64,000 nt of DNA from Dehalococcoidia bacterium (GCA_963663235.2 CAXXNO010000004.1:886830-950829); one strand, 5' to 3'; shown: positions 53,401 through 62,938, numbered from the stretch's first letter. A program made the numbers and translations. The notes: a model not told the origin generated them from the letters alone.

Positions 53401-53885
53401 GTCGCATCGGCTATACGTCAGCCGCCGGCGAGCGGACCTTCCATCTGACCGACTCGTTCTCCGTTGGCCGGGATCCCGACAATGATCTCGTCCTCATGAA
53501 CGACGCCGCGGTGAGTCGCCGCCATGCTCGCCTCCGGCGCGGCGAAAGCGGCTACGAGCTCGCCGACTTGGGCAGTCAGAACGGGACGTTCCTCGCGCGG
53601 CGAGGCGAGGAAACGCGTGTGACGGGCTCTCTCCTCCTGCAACACGGGGATGTCATCCGCGTGGGTCAAAGTCGGTTGATCTTCCAAGACGACGCGCCGA
53701 CCGACTCCACATCAAAAACCGTGATAGCGGACCCGCACCTAACCAGCGTCCCCGGCGTGACGAAGGTAGGAAGATTTCTCCCTACGCCCCCCCTCGATCG
53801 CTCAGAGTCGCCGGCGTCTCGTCCGGCCCAACGGCCCACCCCCTGGCCCTCGCGCTGGCCGCGGCCACGGCGGCGGCGCTCATAG
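53397..53885 (+). CDS. FHA domain protein with Thr/Pro-rich tail
   Basis: VGRDPDNDL, VSRRHA, DLGSQNGT, LQHGDVI.VG; GTGA overlap with the upstream gene. Confidence 0.9.
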   Translation: MSRIGYTSAAGERTFHLTDSFSVGRDPDNDLVLMNDAAVSRRHARLRRGESGYELADLGSQNGTFLARRGEETRVTGSLLLQHGDVIRVGQSRLIFQDDAPTDSTSKTVIADPHLTSVPGVTKVGRFLPTPPLDRSESPASRPAQRPTPWPSRWPRPRRRRS

Positions 53886-53949
53886 CCATGTGACGCCCAC
53901 CGGATCGACCGCGTCCACAATCTCGACCGCGCTATTGGGAGACCCTCGC

Positions 53950-54062
53950 ATGTCTGATTCCACCATCGCCTCAGCGGATGGAGGTCTCATCGGCCTGGCC
54001 GTGATGGGGCGGAGTTCTCCACTCAATTTGGCCGACCACGGCAATCGCGTCGCGGTCTACAA
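53950..54062 (+). pseudogene. gnd: N-terminal fragment of 6-phosphogluconate dehydrogenase
   Basis: AD.GLIGLAVMG...LNLADHG..VAVYN; cut at an IS end. Confidence 0.75.
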
Positions 54063-54330
54063 CCTGGGGGGCGCCAAAACCTCGTCCGCGCATCAGCCAG
54101 CCCAGTCGTAGACGTGGTGGAGCCAACCGAGCACAGGGCGCGCGACGATCGATGACAACGGTCGGCCGCCACGTCGTGGTCCGGCCGGTGGCTCCAGCTC
54201 GAGCGTTCGATGCGGGCGCGCTTCGTTGTAGCACCGCACGTACTTGCAGAGGACGGAGCGGAGATGCCGCTCGTTCACCACTACGAGGTGGTCGAGGCAC
54301 TGCCGCCGGATGGTGCCGACGACTCGCTTC
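54063..54330 (-). mobile_element. Remnant of an integrase-core (rve) transposase and its right end
   Basis: GTIRRQCLDHL.V.NERHL..VL..YV..YN.ARPHR...PVLG.LHHVY; terminal GCGCGGACGAGGTTTTGGCGCCCCCCAGG. Confidence 0.75.
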
Positions 54331-54525
54331 CGCCACACCTTCGCCACCTGGGCGATCGGGAACCACGCCCGCGAGCTGGACGTGCAGTATCTCCTCGGGC
54401 ACTCGACCCCGGCGATGGTGCGGCGCTATTCGGCGACCTACGACGTGGCCAAGGCGGCCGCCGCGGACGCCGCCTTCAGCCCCGCCGCCCGCTTATTCGC
54501 AACCGAAGCCAGCGCGGCCGGCTAA
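54325..54525 (+). pseudogene. C-terminal fragment of a tyrosine recombinase
   Basis: FRHTFAT...VQYLLGHS...MVRRY (box II and catalytic Tyr). Confidence 0.8.
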
Positions 54526-54542
54526 GCGCCTGCTTCCCAAGC
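54447..54542 (+). repeat. 96-bp direct repeat, copy 1 (copy 2 at 56585-56680)
   Basis: 95/96 identical by eye. Confidence 0.95.
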
Positions 54543-54664
54543 CGTTGATCTCGGACCTTCTGACTCCCGCAGGCACCGTACTGCAGATTCGGGAGCAACC
54601 CGCGCGATCCGGTCAAGCCTTCCCACTCCAGCACAGAGGGGGCGAACGAGACCAGGGCCGCCCC

Positions 54665-55348
54665 TCAGGCAGGCCGTGCGTGCTCCGCGAAGACGTTGAG
54701 GCGAAGCCACTGCGGGAACGCCCGAACCAGCGTCCGTGGCCCTTCCACAGTGATGTCACCGCCCCGCAGTGCATCGCCGATGGCCATGTGCCCCATCCAC
54801 ACGTCGACCAGGGTACGGACATCCGAGTGGATGTGGAGATCCACGTCCCGGCCCGGGTCGGTGAGACAGAGGTCGACGTCACCGCCCTTCGCGACGAGCC
54901 ACCAGTTGCGCTTGCCGGCCGGCCCATCCGAGAAGGCGAAGTGGATCACCGTTTGCCCCTCCGGCATCCGGTCCCCGTCCAGACCGCGGCGGATGTCCCA
55001 CATGAGCAGGCTCGCGTCAAGATCGTCGCGGGAGAGGTCGTGGGTAATCCAGCGCTGCCCCCAGACCCCAAGCAGCTCGACGATGGGACGGAGTTCGCGG
55101 CCGGCCTCGGTCAGGACGTACTCCGTGGAGCGAGGGCGGTCGCCCTGCAGGCGATCGATGATGCCGGCTTGCTCGAGCTCGCGGAGGCGACGCGATAGCA
55201 GGGAGGACGACATCAGGGGCACGCCGCGCTGAATCTCGCTGAAGCGCCGGCTGCCGGCGATCATTTCCCGGATCACGAGCGGCGTCCACCGCTCCGCCAC
55301 GACTTCCGCCGCCTTTGCCACCGGGCAGAACTGGCCGTATCCGCGCAT
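54665..55348 (-). CDS. HxlR-family winged-helix regulator with C-terminal SCP2-like domain
   Basis: YGQFCPVAKAAE...ERWT.L..RE, RFSEI.RG.P, EY.LT.AG.EL, DLC..DPG. Confidence 0.9.
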   Translation of the reverse strand: MRGYGQFCPVAKAAEVVAERWTPLVIREMIAGSRRFSEIQRGVPLMSSSLLSRRLRELEQAGIIDRLQGDRPRSTEYVLTEAGRELRPIVELLGVWGQRWITHDLSRDDLDASLLMWDIRRGLDGDRMPEGQTVIHFAFSDGPAGKRNWWLVAKGGDVDLCLTDPGRDVDLHIHSDVRTLVDVWMGHMAIGDALRGGDITVEGPRTLVRAFPQWLRLNVFAEHARPA

Positions 55349-55466
55349 CGGTTACTCCTCTCCGTGTTGCTGCACATTTTGCACTAGAATCCCTCCTCTG
55401 TCTCGGGCATCGTAACGGCAACGGAAACAACGGACTCCGCCGAGGGGTGCTGAGGAGGGAAAACTG

Positions 55467-56663
55467 ATGACGGATGTGATCACGATTACCGAGGGCTTGG
55501 CCGAGGACTTTCGCAAGCGCGCGGCCGAGGTCGACCGGGAGGGGCGTTTCCCCCACGAGAACTACGAGAAGATGCGCCGCGTCGGGTACCTGGCCGCCCT
55601 CGTGCCCGAAGAGCTGGGCGGCTTGGGCGCGACGTTGGGAGAGATGAGCCGAGCGCAGCAGGCGCTCGCGCGGGGCTGCGCCTCGACGGCCTTGGCGGTG
55701 AACATGCATCACTTCCAGGTCGGCGCGGCGGCCGACGCCTACCGCGCAGGCGCGGCCACCGAGGCGACTCTGCGCAGGGTCGTGAGCGAAGGCATCGTCC
55801 TGGGATCGACCGGGGCGGAGTTCATCGTTGCGGGCGACTGGACGACCTCCACCACCGCCGAGCGCGACGGGGACCACTACGTCCTCAACGGGCGCAAGTT
55901 CTTCTGCTCCCAGGCCGACGGCATGGACGTGGTGCGGGTGAATGCCTGCGAGGCGGGTAGCGGCGATCTCCTCATCCTACCGGTGCCGGCCGACGGCCCG
56001 GGGGTCACCGTCGTGCCGACCTGGGACACCACTGGGATGCGGGGCACCGCGAGCCATGACTTGGTCTTGGAGAACGTGCGCGTACCGGCCGCTGCCGCGA
56101 CCCGGCTAAATGGGCCAGCGCCCATGCGCGACCCGAAAGCCACCAACTTGGTTCGGTGGTTCCTGGTACTGGTCTCCGGGGTCTATATCGGCGTGGCCGA
56201 GAAGGCTCGGGCCGAGGCGCTCCGCGCGATCGGCGGCGGTCGCAACAGCGCGTTCCGGGCGGAGCCGCTGACGGACGTGCTGCTAGGCGAGATGGAGGCG
56301 GCGTTTCTGACCGCCACCTCAGTGCGGGACGCGGTGGCGGAGCGCCTGGCCACCCCCCAGCCGGACGCCGACACGGTCGTCGCCCAGGCCGCCCTCTGCA
56401 AGGAGGTCGTAACGAGCGCGGTACAGACCGTGATGGACCGGGCGCTCGCGATCACGGGCGGCCGCGCGTTCTTCCGGCGATCGGCGCTGGAGCGGCTCAA
56501 TCGCGACATGCTCGCTGCGCGCTTCCACCCGCCGTCCGCGCCGGTCTCCTTCCAGATCGCCGGGGCCGGGACCCGGCGCGCCGCGGCCAAGGCGGCCGCC
56601 GCGGACGCCGCCTTCAGCCCCGCCGCCCACTTATTCGCAACCGAAGCCAGCGCGGCCGGCTAA
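55467..56663 (+). CDS. Acyl-CoA dehydrogenase family protein
   Basis: VPEELGGLG, STALAVNMH, LNGRKFFCS, WDTTGMRGTASHD, LERL.RD; C-terminal ~26 residues come from the integrase-tail repeat. Confidence 0.9.
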   Translation: MTDVITITEGLAEDFRKRAAEVDREGRFPHENYEKMRRVGYLAALVPEELGGLGATLGEMSRAQQALARGCASTALAVNMHHFQVGAAADAYRAGAATEATLRRVVSEGIVLGSTGAEFIVAGDWTTSTTAERDGDHYVLNGRKFFCSQADGMDVVRVNACEAGSGDLLILPVPADGPGVTVVPTWDTTGMRGTASHDLVLENVRVPAAAATRLNGPAPMRDPKATNLVRWFLVLVSGVYIGVAEKARAEALRAIGGGRNSAFRAEPLTDVLLGEMEAAFLTATSVRDAVAERLATPQPDADTVVAQAALCKEVVTSAVQTVMDRALAITGGRAFFRRSALERLNRDMLAARFHPPSAPVSFQIAGAGTRRAAAKAAAADAAFSPAAHLFATEASAAG

Positions 56664-56680
56664 GCGCCTGCTTCCCAAGC
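56585..56680 (+). repeat. 96-bp direct repeat, copy 2
   Basis: Matches 54447-54542 with one mismatch. Confidence 0.95.
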
Positions 56681-57032
56681 AGTCGGTCGCGGACCGCGAT
56701 TCGCAACCCAAAAGCAGGTATATGGAATATTGGGCCACTACCGCCTACAATTCCGTCCCTGGTAGCCGGATCGAGTTTTCCCCTCTCACGATCGGGGTAA
56801 GAAACCGGTCCCTGCCCTCGTCGATAAATCAGGACCGCCATCCAGCCAACCTCACGAAGGTTGGACCTCATGAGTCGTAAGGCAATCGTAAGGTGCACGA
56901 GATATCAAGAGGGGGAAGGGACGGGCGACCGTCGCGATTGTGCACTGGACCGCCGCCGGCTCACGCGGCGAGCAAGCTCACGGCGACTGCTGACGAAGCC
57001 ACTTGGCCTTCAGCAAGGCAGGTAGGAAGACC

Positions 57033-58205
57033 ATGAATTCCAATCCGGTTCTCACCCCCCAACGAGTGGAAGCGGTGCGACATCTCCTGCTGGCACTCGC
57101 CGCGCTCGCGGGTTTCGCCGCATCCGGCTACGTGCTCAGCTCGCAGGTCGCCGCCGACTTCTTGCGGGAGGGACCTGTTCGCATCACCGGCCTTGAGGGC
57201 GAAACGCTTCGCGTGGTGCTTGGCTTGGGCGCTCTCGCCGCCACGGTCATCGCCGTCGGGGCCGTCTGGCAGCGGGTGCACGCGGTCCGTCTGCTGATCG
57301 CCGCCGTGGCGCTCGGCGGTGGGCTCTTTCTCGCTCATGCGCTGCTGATTCCTGCCGTGACCCTCGTGACGGTGGCTGTGTTCGCGGACTTCTCGGGGCA
57401 CGTGCCGCGGGCGCGTCTCGAGAAGGTGAGGCGCTCACCGCCTGCCTGGGTCGCTGGGGCGCTCGTGGCGGGAGCAGCCGTGGCGGGCCTCGTGTGGGTA
57501 TCGATTTGGCTGCTGGGACCGCTGGTCGATGAGGGGGAGAGTCTCAACGAGACACTGGACTTCCAAGTGTCCGGTCTCGTGCAGCCGGACGTGGTCGAGC
57601 CTGCAGCGGCGACGGAAGAGGCCGACGCTATGACTGCGATGCCCGCGTCTCCCGACACGACGGCCTCCGACGAGGTCGCCATGGCGAGCGATTCGATGCC
57701 CGCCGACATGGGTGCCGTCGGCGACGAAGCCTCTGCGGCCGGAGATCCGACGTCGGCCGACACGGGCCTGCCGAACGACGCGCCTGCCACGGCGAGCGAG
57801 CCAGCGCCGGCTGACACGGACACGGTCGCCGAAGGTGATGCCGCGCCCGCTGCCACACCTCCCGCACGCACCGGCGCCCTGATCGCTCGCGGGGAGCTGA
57901 TGGGGACGGATGCGTTCCACACGGGGAGCGGCGAGGTGCTGCTCGTGAGCGATCCGGACGGAAACCTGGTCTTGCGCTTCCAGGATTACGAGGTGCGAAA
58001 CGGACCGGACCTGTTCGTCTTCCTGACGCCGGACACGGCGGGCGATGTACACGCGGAGGGCGCCGTTAGCCTCGGCGGGATCAGAGCCACCAACGGCTCC
58101 GTGAACTACGAGGTGCCGGCCGATGTCGACCCCACTACGTTTCGCGCCGCGGTGATCTACTGCCAGGCCTTCTCCGTTACATTCGCCGTAGCATCGTTCA
58201 ACTAG
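57033..58205 (+). CDS. Membrane-anchored DM13 domain protein
   Basis: N-terminal hydrophobic helices, acidic Ala/Asp/Pro linker, DM13 motifs H.GSG, NGPDLFVFL, NYEVP, IYC.AFSV.F. Confidence 0.85.
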   Translation: MNSNPVLTPQRVEAVRHLLLALAALAGFAASGYVLSSQVAADFLREGPVRITGLEGETLRVVLGLGALAATVIAVGAVWQRVHAVRLLIAAVALGGGLFLAHALLIPAVTLVTVAVFADFSGHVPRARLEKVRRSPPAWVAGALVAGAAVAGLVWVSIWLLGPLVDEGESLNETLDFQVSGLVQPDVVEPAAATEEADAMTAMPASPDTTASDEVAMASDSMPADMGAVGDEASAAGDPTSADTGLPNDAPATASEPAPADTDTVAEGDAAPAATPPARTGALIARGELMGTDAFHTGSGEVLLVSDPDGNLVLRFQDYEVRNGPDLFVFLTPDTAGDVHAEGAVSLGGIRATNGSVNYEVPADVDPTTFRAAVIYCQAFSVTFAVASFN

Positions 58206-58330
58206 CAGACGGCACGGGCGGCCGTCGCCGGCGCTGGTGACGTGAGAGTAAGGCGCCGGGCGGCATCGGCTGCCCCTCAGCCGTCGCGCGATGGGGTGTG
58301 GCCGTCGCCAAGTTCGGGACCTTCTTCGCC

Positions 58331-60160
58331 ATGCTAAACGCCTCGTCCTCTTTGCGCCGTGAGATCGCGGCCGCCTCCGTCGCGGGTCTGGTGGGCGGCC
58401 TGATCATCGCGGCGGCAATGCAGGAGCGGGGCCTGACGGTGGAAGTGACGGGACTGCTGGGGCTTTCCTCCAGCGCGGGCGGCCTGAGCCTACATATGCT
58501 GCTCGCGGCGCTGGCCGGGGCGGCCTTCGGGGCTATCTTTCGCTATCAGCCGCACAGCTACGCGACCACGATCACCTCTGGCGTGATCTTCGGCCTCCTC
58601 GTTTGGATCATTGGGCCGCTAACTCTGCGGCCGCTCCTCGATGGCGCTAGCCCCACCTGGTCGACGACCGAAGCCGCCGCCGCCTTCCCGAGCCTCATCG
58701 GGCACCTCCTCTACGGTGGCGTCACCGGGCTGGGCTTTCACCTCCTCGTGACGCTCGATCGTCGTGTCCATCCCACGCGGCCCGCGCCAGCTGTCGAGAC
58801 CCAGCCGCTCAAACGCATCGTTATCCTCGGCGGCGGCTTTGGTGGGCTGGGCGCCGCGCAGCGGCTGGAACAGCTCGATATGCGGCAGGCCGGACTGAAG
58901 ATCACACTCGTCAGCCAAAGCAACTACCTGCTGTTCACACCCATGCTCGCAGAGGTGGCCTCGAGCAGCCTCGAGGCGCAGCACATCAGCGCGCCCGTCC
59001 GGGCGGCGTGTCGGCGAACGCATTTCCGTCAGGCTGCAGTCGACTCCATCGACGCCACCGCGAAAGTCGTACGGGTGCGCACGAACGACTCGACGACCGT
59101 CGCTTCTCTCCACTACGACCACCTTGTCGTGGCCCTCGGCGCGATACCGAATTTCTACGGCCTACCCGGGCTAGAGGAGCACTCGTTCACGCTGAAAACC
59201 CTGGACGACGCCACTCGCATTCGCAGCCGGGTGCTCTCTGCGCTGGAGCGCGCCGAAATCGAGCCGGATCCTGCGGAGCGCCGCCGCCTCCTGACCTTCG
59301 TCGTTGCTGGGGGAGGATTCGCTGGCACGGAGACGGTTGCCGAACTGTTCGACCTCGCGCGCAGTGTGCGGCGCTACTATCCGCACCTGGAGCGCCAAGA
59401 CTTCCGCTTCCTCCTGGTCCACGGGGGCGACCGCATCCTCCCGGAGCTCGGCGCGGAGCTCGGCGCTTACGCCCTGGAGAAACTGCGGAGACGGGGGATC
59501 GAGTTCTTGCTCGGCAGGCGAGTGGCGGGAGCGACGTCCGATGCCGTGCTGCTTGACGACGGCAGCGAGGTGCCCACTCGCACCTTCGTCTGGACCGCCG
59601 GAAATCAGCCGAATCCGCTCCTGAAGACGCTCCCCTGCGAGCAAAATCGCGGCGGCCAAGTGGTCGTCGACGGTACCCTGCGCGTCCAAGGACTCGACGA
59701 CGTCTGGGCGGTCGGTGATTGTGCACAGATCCCAGATCCCTACAACGAGGGGCAGTTCTATCCACCCACCGCTCAGCACGCACTCCGAGAAGGAAAGGTA
59801 GTCGCCGAGAACATCGTCGCGGCCCTTCGTGGAGAGTCCTTGAAGGAGTTCCGCTTCCGCACCATTGGGACCCTCGTTGCGCTTGGGCACCGCACAGCCG
59901 TGGCGGAGATTTACGGCGTCAGGTTCTCCGGCCTGGTGGCCTGGCTCATGTGGCGCAGCATCTATCTCAGCAAGCTGCCCGGCATGGAGCGAAAGGTGCG
60001 CGTGACACTCGACTGGGCACTCGATCTCTTCTTCCCCCGCGACATCGCTCTGACGTCCAGCGTCTCGCCGCCGGCCGAATCGGCGGGTCCGAAACGTCTC
60101 GATGACCGATCGACGCGGGAGCCGGCAACGACCAGCGGTGAGGAGCGCATGAAGACGTGA
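58331..60160 (+). CDS. Type II NADH dehydrogenase-like flavoprotein with N-terminal four-helix His-containing membrane domain
   Basis: ILGGGFGG, FTPML.EVAS, YDHLVVALG, VAGGGFAGTE, WTAG, WAVGD, PPTAQHA, WLMWR.IYL.KLPG. Confidence 0.9.
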   Translation: MLNASSSLRREIAAASVAGLVGGLIIAAAMQERGLTVEVTGLLGLSSSAGGLSLHMLLAALAGAAFGAIFRYQPHSYATTITSGVIFGLLVWIIGPLTLRPLLDGASPTWSTTEAAAAFPSLIGHLLYGGVTGLGFHLLVTLDRRVHPTRPAPAVETQPLKRIVILGGGFGGLGAAQRLEQLDMRQAGLKITLVSQSNYLLFTPMLAEVASSSLEAQHISAPVRAACRRTHFRQAAVDSIDATAKVVRVRTNDSTTVASLHYDHLVVALGAIPNFYGLPGLEEHSFTLKTLDDATRIRSRVLSALERAEIEPDPAERRRLLTFVVAGGGFAGTETVAELFDLARSVRRYYPHLERQDFRFLLVHGGDRILPELGAELGAYALEKLRRRGIEFLLGRRVAGATSDAVLLDDGSEVPTRTFVWTAGNQPNPLLKTLPCEQNRGGQVVVDGTLRVQGLDDVWAVGDCAQIPDPYNEGQFYPPTAQHALREGKVVAENIVAALRGESLKEFRFRTIGTLVALGHRTAVAEIYGVRFSGLVAWLMWRSIYLSKLPGMERKVRVTLDWALDLFFPRDIALTSSVSPPAESAGPKRLDDRSTREPATTSGEERMKT

Positions 60161-61650
60161 TCCGGTCGGACAGCCTTCTCGGCTGCATGCTGCTCGGCGC
60201 GCTGGCGGGCCAGTTCGGGGGCCTCATCTTCGGCCTCGCCATGCTGGAGCTCGGCGACCTCGATTCTGTCGCGTCAGTGCTTCGCATCGACGACTCATTC
60301 TTCGTCGGTGTGCCCCTGCACGTGGCGATCGCGGCGGTCGTCGGAGCGGGTTTCGGAGCGCTCGTCTGGCATCAACGTAGCGGTGCTGGCGACACGTTGC
60401 TCTGGGGCCTCACCTACGGCGCTTTATGGTGGTTCGTCGGCCCGCTCACCTTGCGACCGCTGTTCGAGGGCGGCGGGTTGGCATGGGATGTGCCTTCAGC
60501 GCAGGCGGCGTTCGCCCCCCTGCTCGGGCACCTGTTGTACGGCGCGGCCACGGGCGTGGGCCTGCTGGCGCTGCGGCGGCAACGGATCCGGTGGCCGGCT
60601 CGCGGGGAACTGACGCGCGGCGTACTGGCCGGACTCGTCGCCGGGTGCATCGTCGGGGCGGTGCTCAGCAGCCAGGCCCGGCTCCATCTCTTCGCCGCCA
60701 TGTCGGAAGAGGACGCGACCGCGATCACGTGGCTGGTCCTGCTCTCGATCAGCGGCCTCAGCGGAATGGGGTTTGCGCTGCTCGTCCCACGGCCCTCGGA
60801 TAGCGCCGGCGCTGGTCTAGTCCGGGGGAGCATGTACGGATTCCTGCTCTGGGCCCTCCTCAATCGGACAATCCTCCCACTGATCGCCGGCGATGGATTG
60901 CCCTGGTCGGCGAACGACGCCCGGGGTGACTTCGCTGCTCTGTTCGCCTACCTCCTGTTCGGTGGCATCCTGGGGCTCGGATACCAGTGGCTCGACGCGC
61001 TGTGGCGAATCCTCTTCGCCGACGATATCGGAGAGGACGACGAGGAAGGGGCCGGAACGCGGGGCTTGCGCGCCATCGGTCGCGGCGTAATCGCCGGGTT
61101 GGTCGGCGGGCTCCTCTTCACGTACGTCATGGTGGAGATCCGCGGGCTAGAAGACGTCGCGGACCTGGTCCGGACCGACTCCGCAACTGCGGGCCTGGCC
61201 GTGCACTTCCTCATCGCCGTCACCTGGGGCGTCACCTATGGCTTGCTCTTCCGGCGCCAAGCGCACGACCGCGGCTCTGCGATCGGATGGGGCGTTTCCT
61301 ACGGGTTCTTCGTGTGGGTCGTGGGTCCCAACACGCTGATGCCGATCTTGCTCGGCTCCACGCCAGACTGGACGGCCGACAGCGCCGCCGGTCTGACCGC
61401 CAGTCTCGTCGGTCACCTGGTGTACGGCGCGGGCCTGGGGATCACGTTCCACCACTTCGAAGCGAAGTACAGCCCGTGGTGGATGCCACACGGGATGGCG
61501 GCAGCCGCCCGCGCGACGCGGCGACGAGAGCAGGTGCTGACTTCGGCGCCCGCACTCTGGGCGCTCGTGGTGGTCATTGGGATCACGCTTCCGGTTGTGC
61601 TCGCGACCGCAGCCGCGACTTCGTCATCGGGCTACGGAGGTGGTCCCTAA
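60157..61650 (+). CDS. Polytopic membrane protein built from three copies of the same four-helix repeat
   Basis: Repeats with H...G..YG..W..GP.TL.P...W...GHL.YG; GTGA overlap with the NDH-2 gene. Confidence 0.85.
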   Translation: MIRSDSLLGCMLLGALAGQFGGLIFGLAMLELGDLDSVASVLRIDDSFFVGVPLHVAIAAVVGAGFGALVWHQRSGAGDTLLWGLTYGALWWFVGPLTLRPLFEGGGLAWDVPSAQAAFAPLLGHLLYGAATGVGLLALRRQRIRWPARGELTRGVLAGLVAGCIVGAVLSSQARLHLFAAMSEEDATAITWLVLLSISGLSGMGFALLVPRPSDSAGAGLVRGSMYGFLLWALLNRTILPLIAGDGLPWSANDARGDFAALFAYLLFGGILGLGYQWLDALWRILFADDIGEDDEEGAGTRGLRAIGRGVIAGLVGGLLFTYVMVEIRGLEDVADLVRTDSATAGLAVHFLIAVTWGVTYGLLFRRQAHDRGSAIGWGVSYGFFVWVVGPNTLMPILLGSTPDWTADSAAGLTASLVGHLVYGAGLGITFHHFEAKYSPWWMPHGMAAAARATRRREQVLTSAPALWALVVVIGITLPVVLATAAATSSSGYGGGP

Positions 61651-61707
61651 GTGTGGGGCTCTCTGTTTTCCTGATTCGATCGACTGTTTTCGCACGTAAG
61701 ACCGGAT

Positions 61708-62276
61708 GTGGAGCTTCAACGATCCCGTGAAGCTGGAGGTCGAGATATAACGGCGAAGGAACAGCAGGCCTCGATTCCGGGAATCCAGGATCGCTCCGAT
61801 TGGCGCCTCTACAGGCCTATCGAAGGCTACGGAGTCATCGGGGATCTGCATACTGCCGCACTGGTCGGCAAAGACGGTTCAATTGACTGGTGCTGTCTCC
61901 CGCATTTCGACTCGCCGAGTGTGTTCGCTTCGATCTTGGACGCGAAGAAAGGGGGTTCTTCAAGATCGCCCCCCTTGAGTCGGCTGTCCAAAAACAGATG
62001 TACCTCCCTGAGACCAACGTCCTGGTCACCCGATTCCCGAGTCCCGGGAGTGTCGCCGAAGTCATCGATTTCATGCCCATCGATGTCGCGGCCGCTGAGC
62101 CCGATCACCGCCACCAGATCGTACGGCAACTATGCGTAGTGCGAGGCTCCGCCCGGTTCAAAGGCGAGTGCTTTCCAACCTTCGATTACGCCCGGGCACG
62201 GCACGTGCTGGTGATCGGACCGGACAGCGCGATCTTCTCGTCGCGCGGGGAACGCCTCGGCCTAACGGCTCCCGTA
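61708..62276 (+). pseudogene. GH15 (glucoamylase/trehalase-like) N-terminal fragment, frameshifted and truncated
   Basis: [36 protein letters not shown]; frameshift at the G run near 61951; [14 protein letters not shown]. Confidence 0.85.
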
Positions 62277-62335
62277 CCTGTAGTGCCTCAGAATCCCATC
62301 CGCGCTCACGCGGCCAGCCAGTAATACTCGTGATG
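62277..62335 (-). mobile_element. Right-end remnant of an rve-type IS
   Basis: HHEYYWLAA* followed by GCGCGGATGGGATTCTGAGGCACTACAGG, similar to the end at 54063. Confidence 0.6.
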
Positions 62336-62938
62336 GTTCGTCGGACCTTCGTCTGGCCATCGACGAAGATCAGCTGAAAGACGGGGAGCGCCGTCTCAAG
62401 GGTGAGCAGGTCGCATACCTCGTCTTCGATGCCGTTCCCTAGGCATAGCCTGTCCTGGCCCGCGAGTTGCGATCAGACTGCGGGGGTGCGGCAACGGCGC
62501 ACGGATCTTCCATCCGCGTGAATCCAACTCGCTGTTCGCGAGTCCTGGTGACAATCTGAACCCCAGTCCGTAGCCGCTTGAAGCGAGGAGTCCCTAGTAC
62601 CTACCGGCCTCAGATGGGGGAGAGAGAGCCCGCGCGCCGTGCGGCGTGCGAGTCGACCCAGCGCAAGTCGGCCCCGCCGTAGGGAATGCGCTGGCCAGCG
62701 TCGACCAGAACTGCCCTTCCGCGTGCTACTGGTGCGGCAGCGGCGGAAAGAGCGCATCGACGGCGAACTGGTGGCGTAGGGTAGAGCCCTTGAGAATGGG
62801 CTACCTCTGCGACCAAGCTCGAAGCTGTCAGATTGGTGGGCACAGCCCGAAGTGGAGCCCCATCGGCGGAGACTCCTCACCGATGGAAGGCTTGCTACGG
62901 TCCGTAAGAGACCAACGCCCTTGGGAGGTAGAAGTCTG

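Noticed and set aside
62340-62938. Cys-rich ORF (62646 onward) as a gene
   Set aside because: No RBS or family motif; it reads into the IS orfA by chance and is probably decayed DNA
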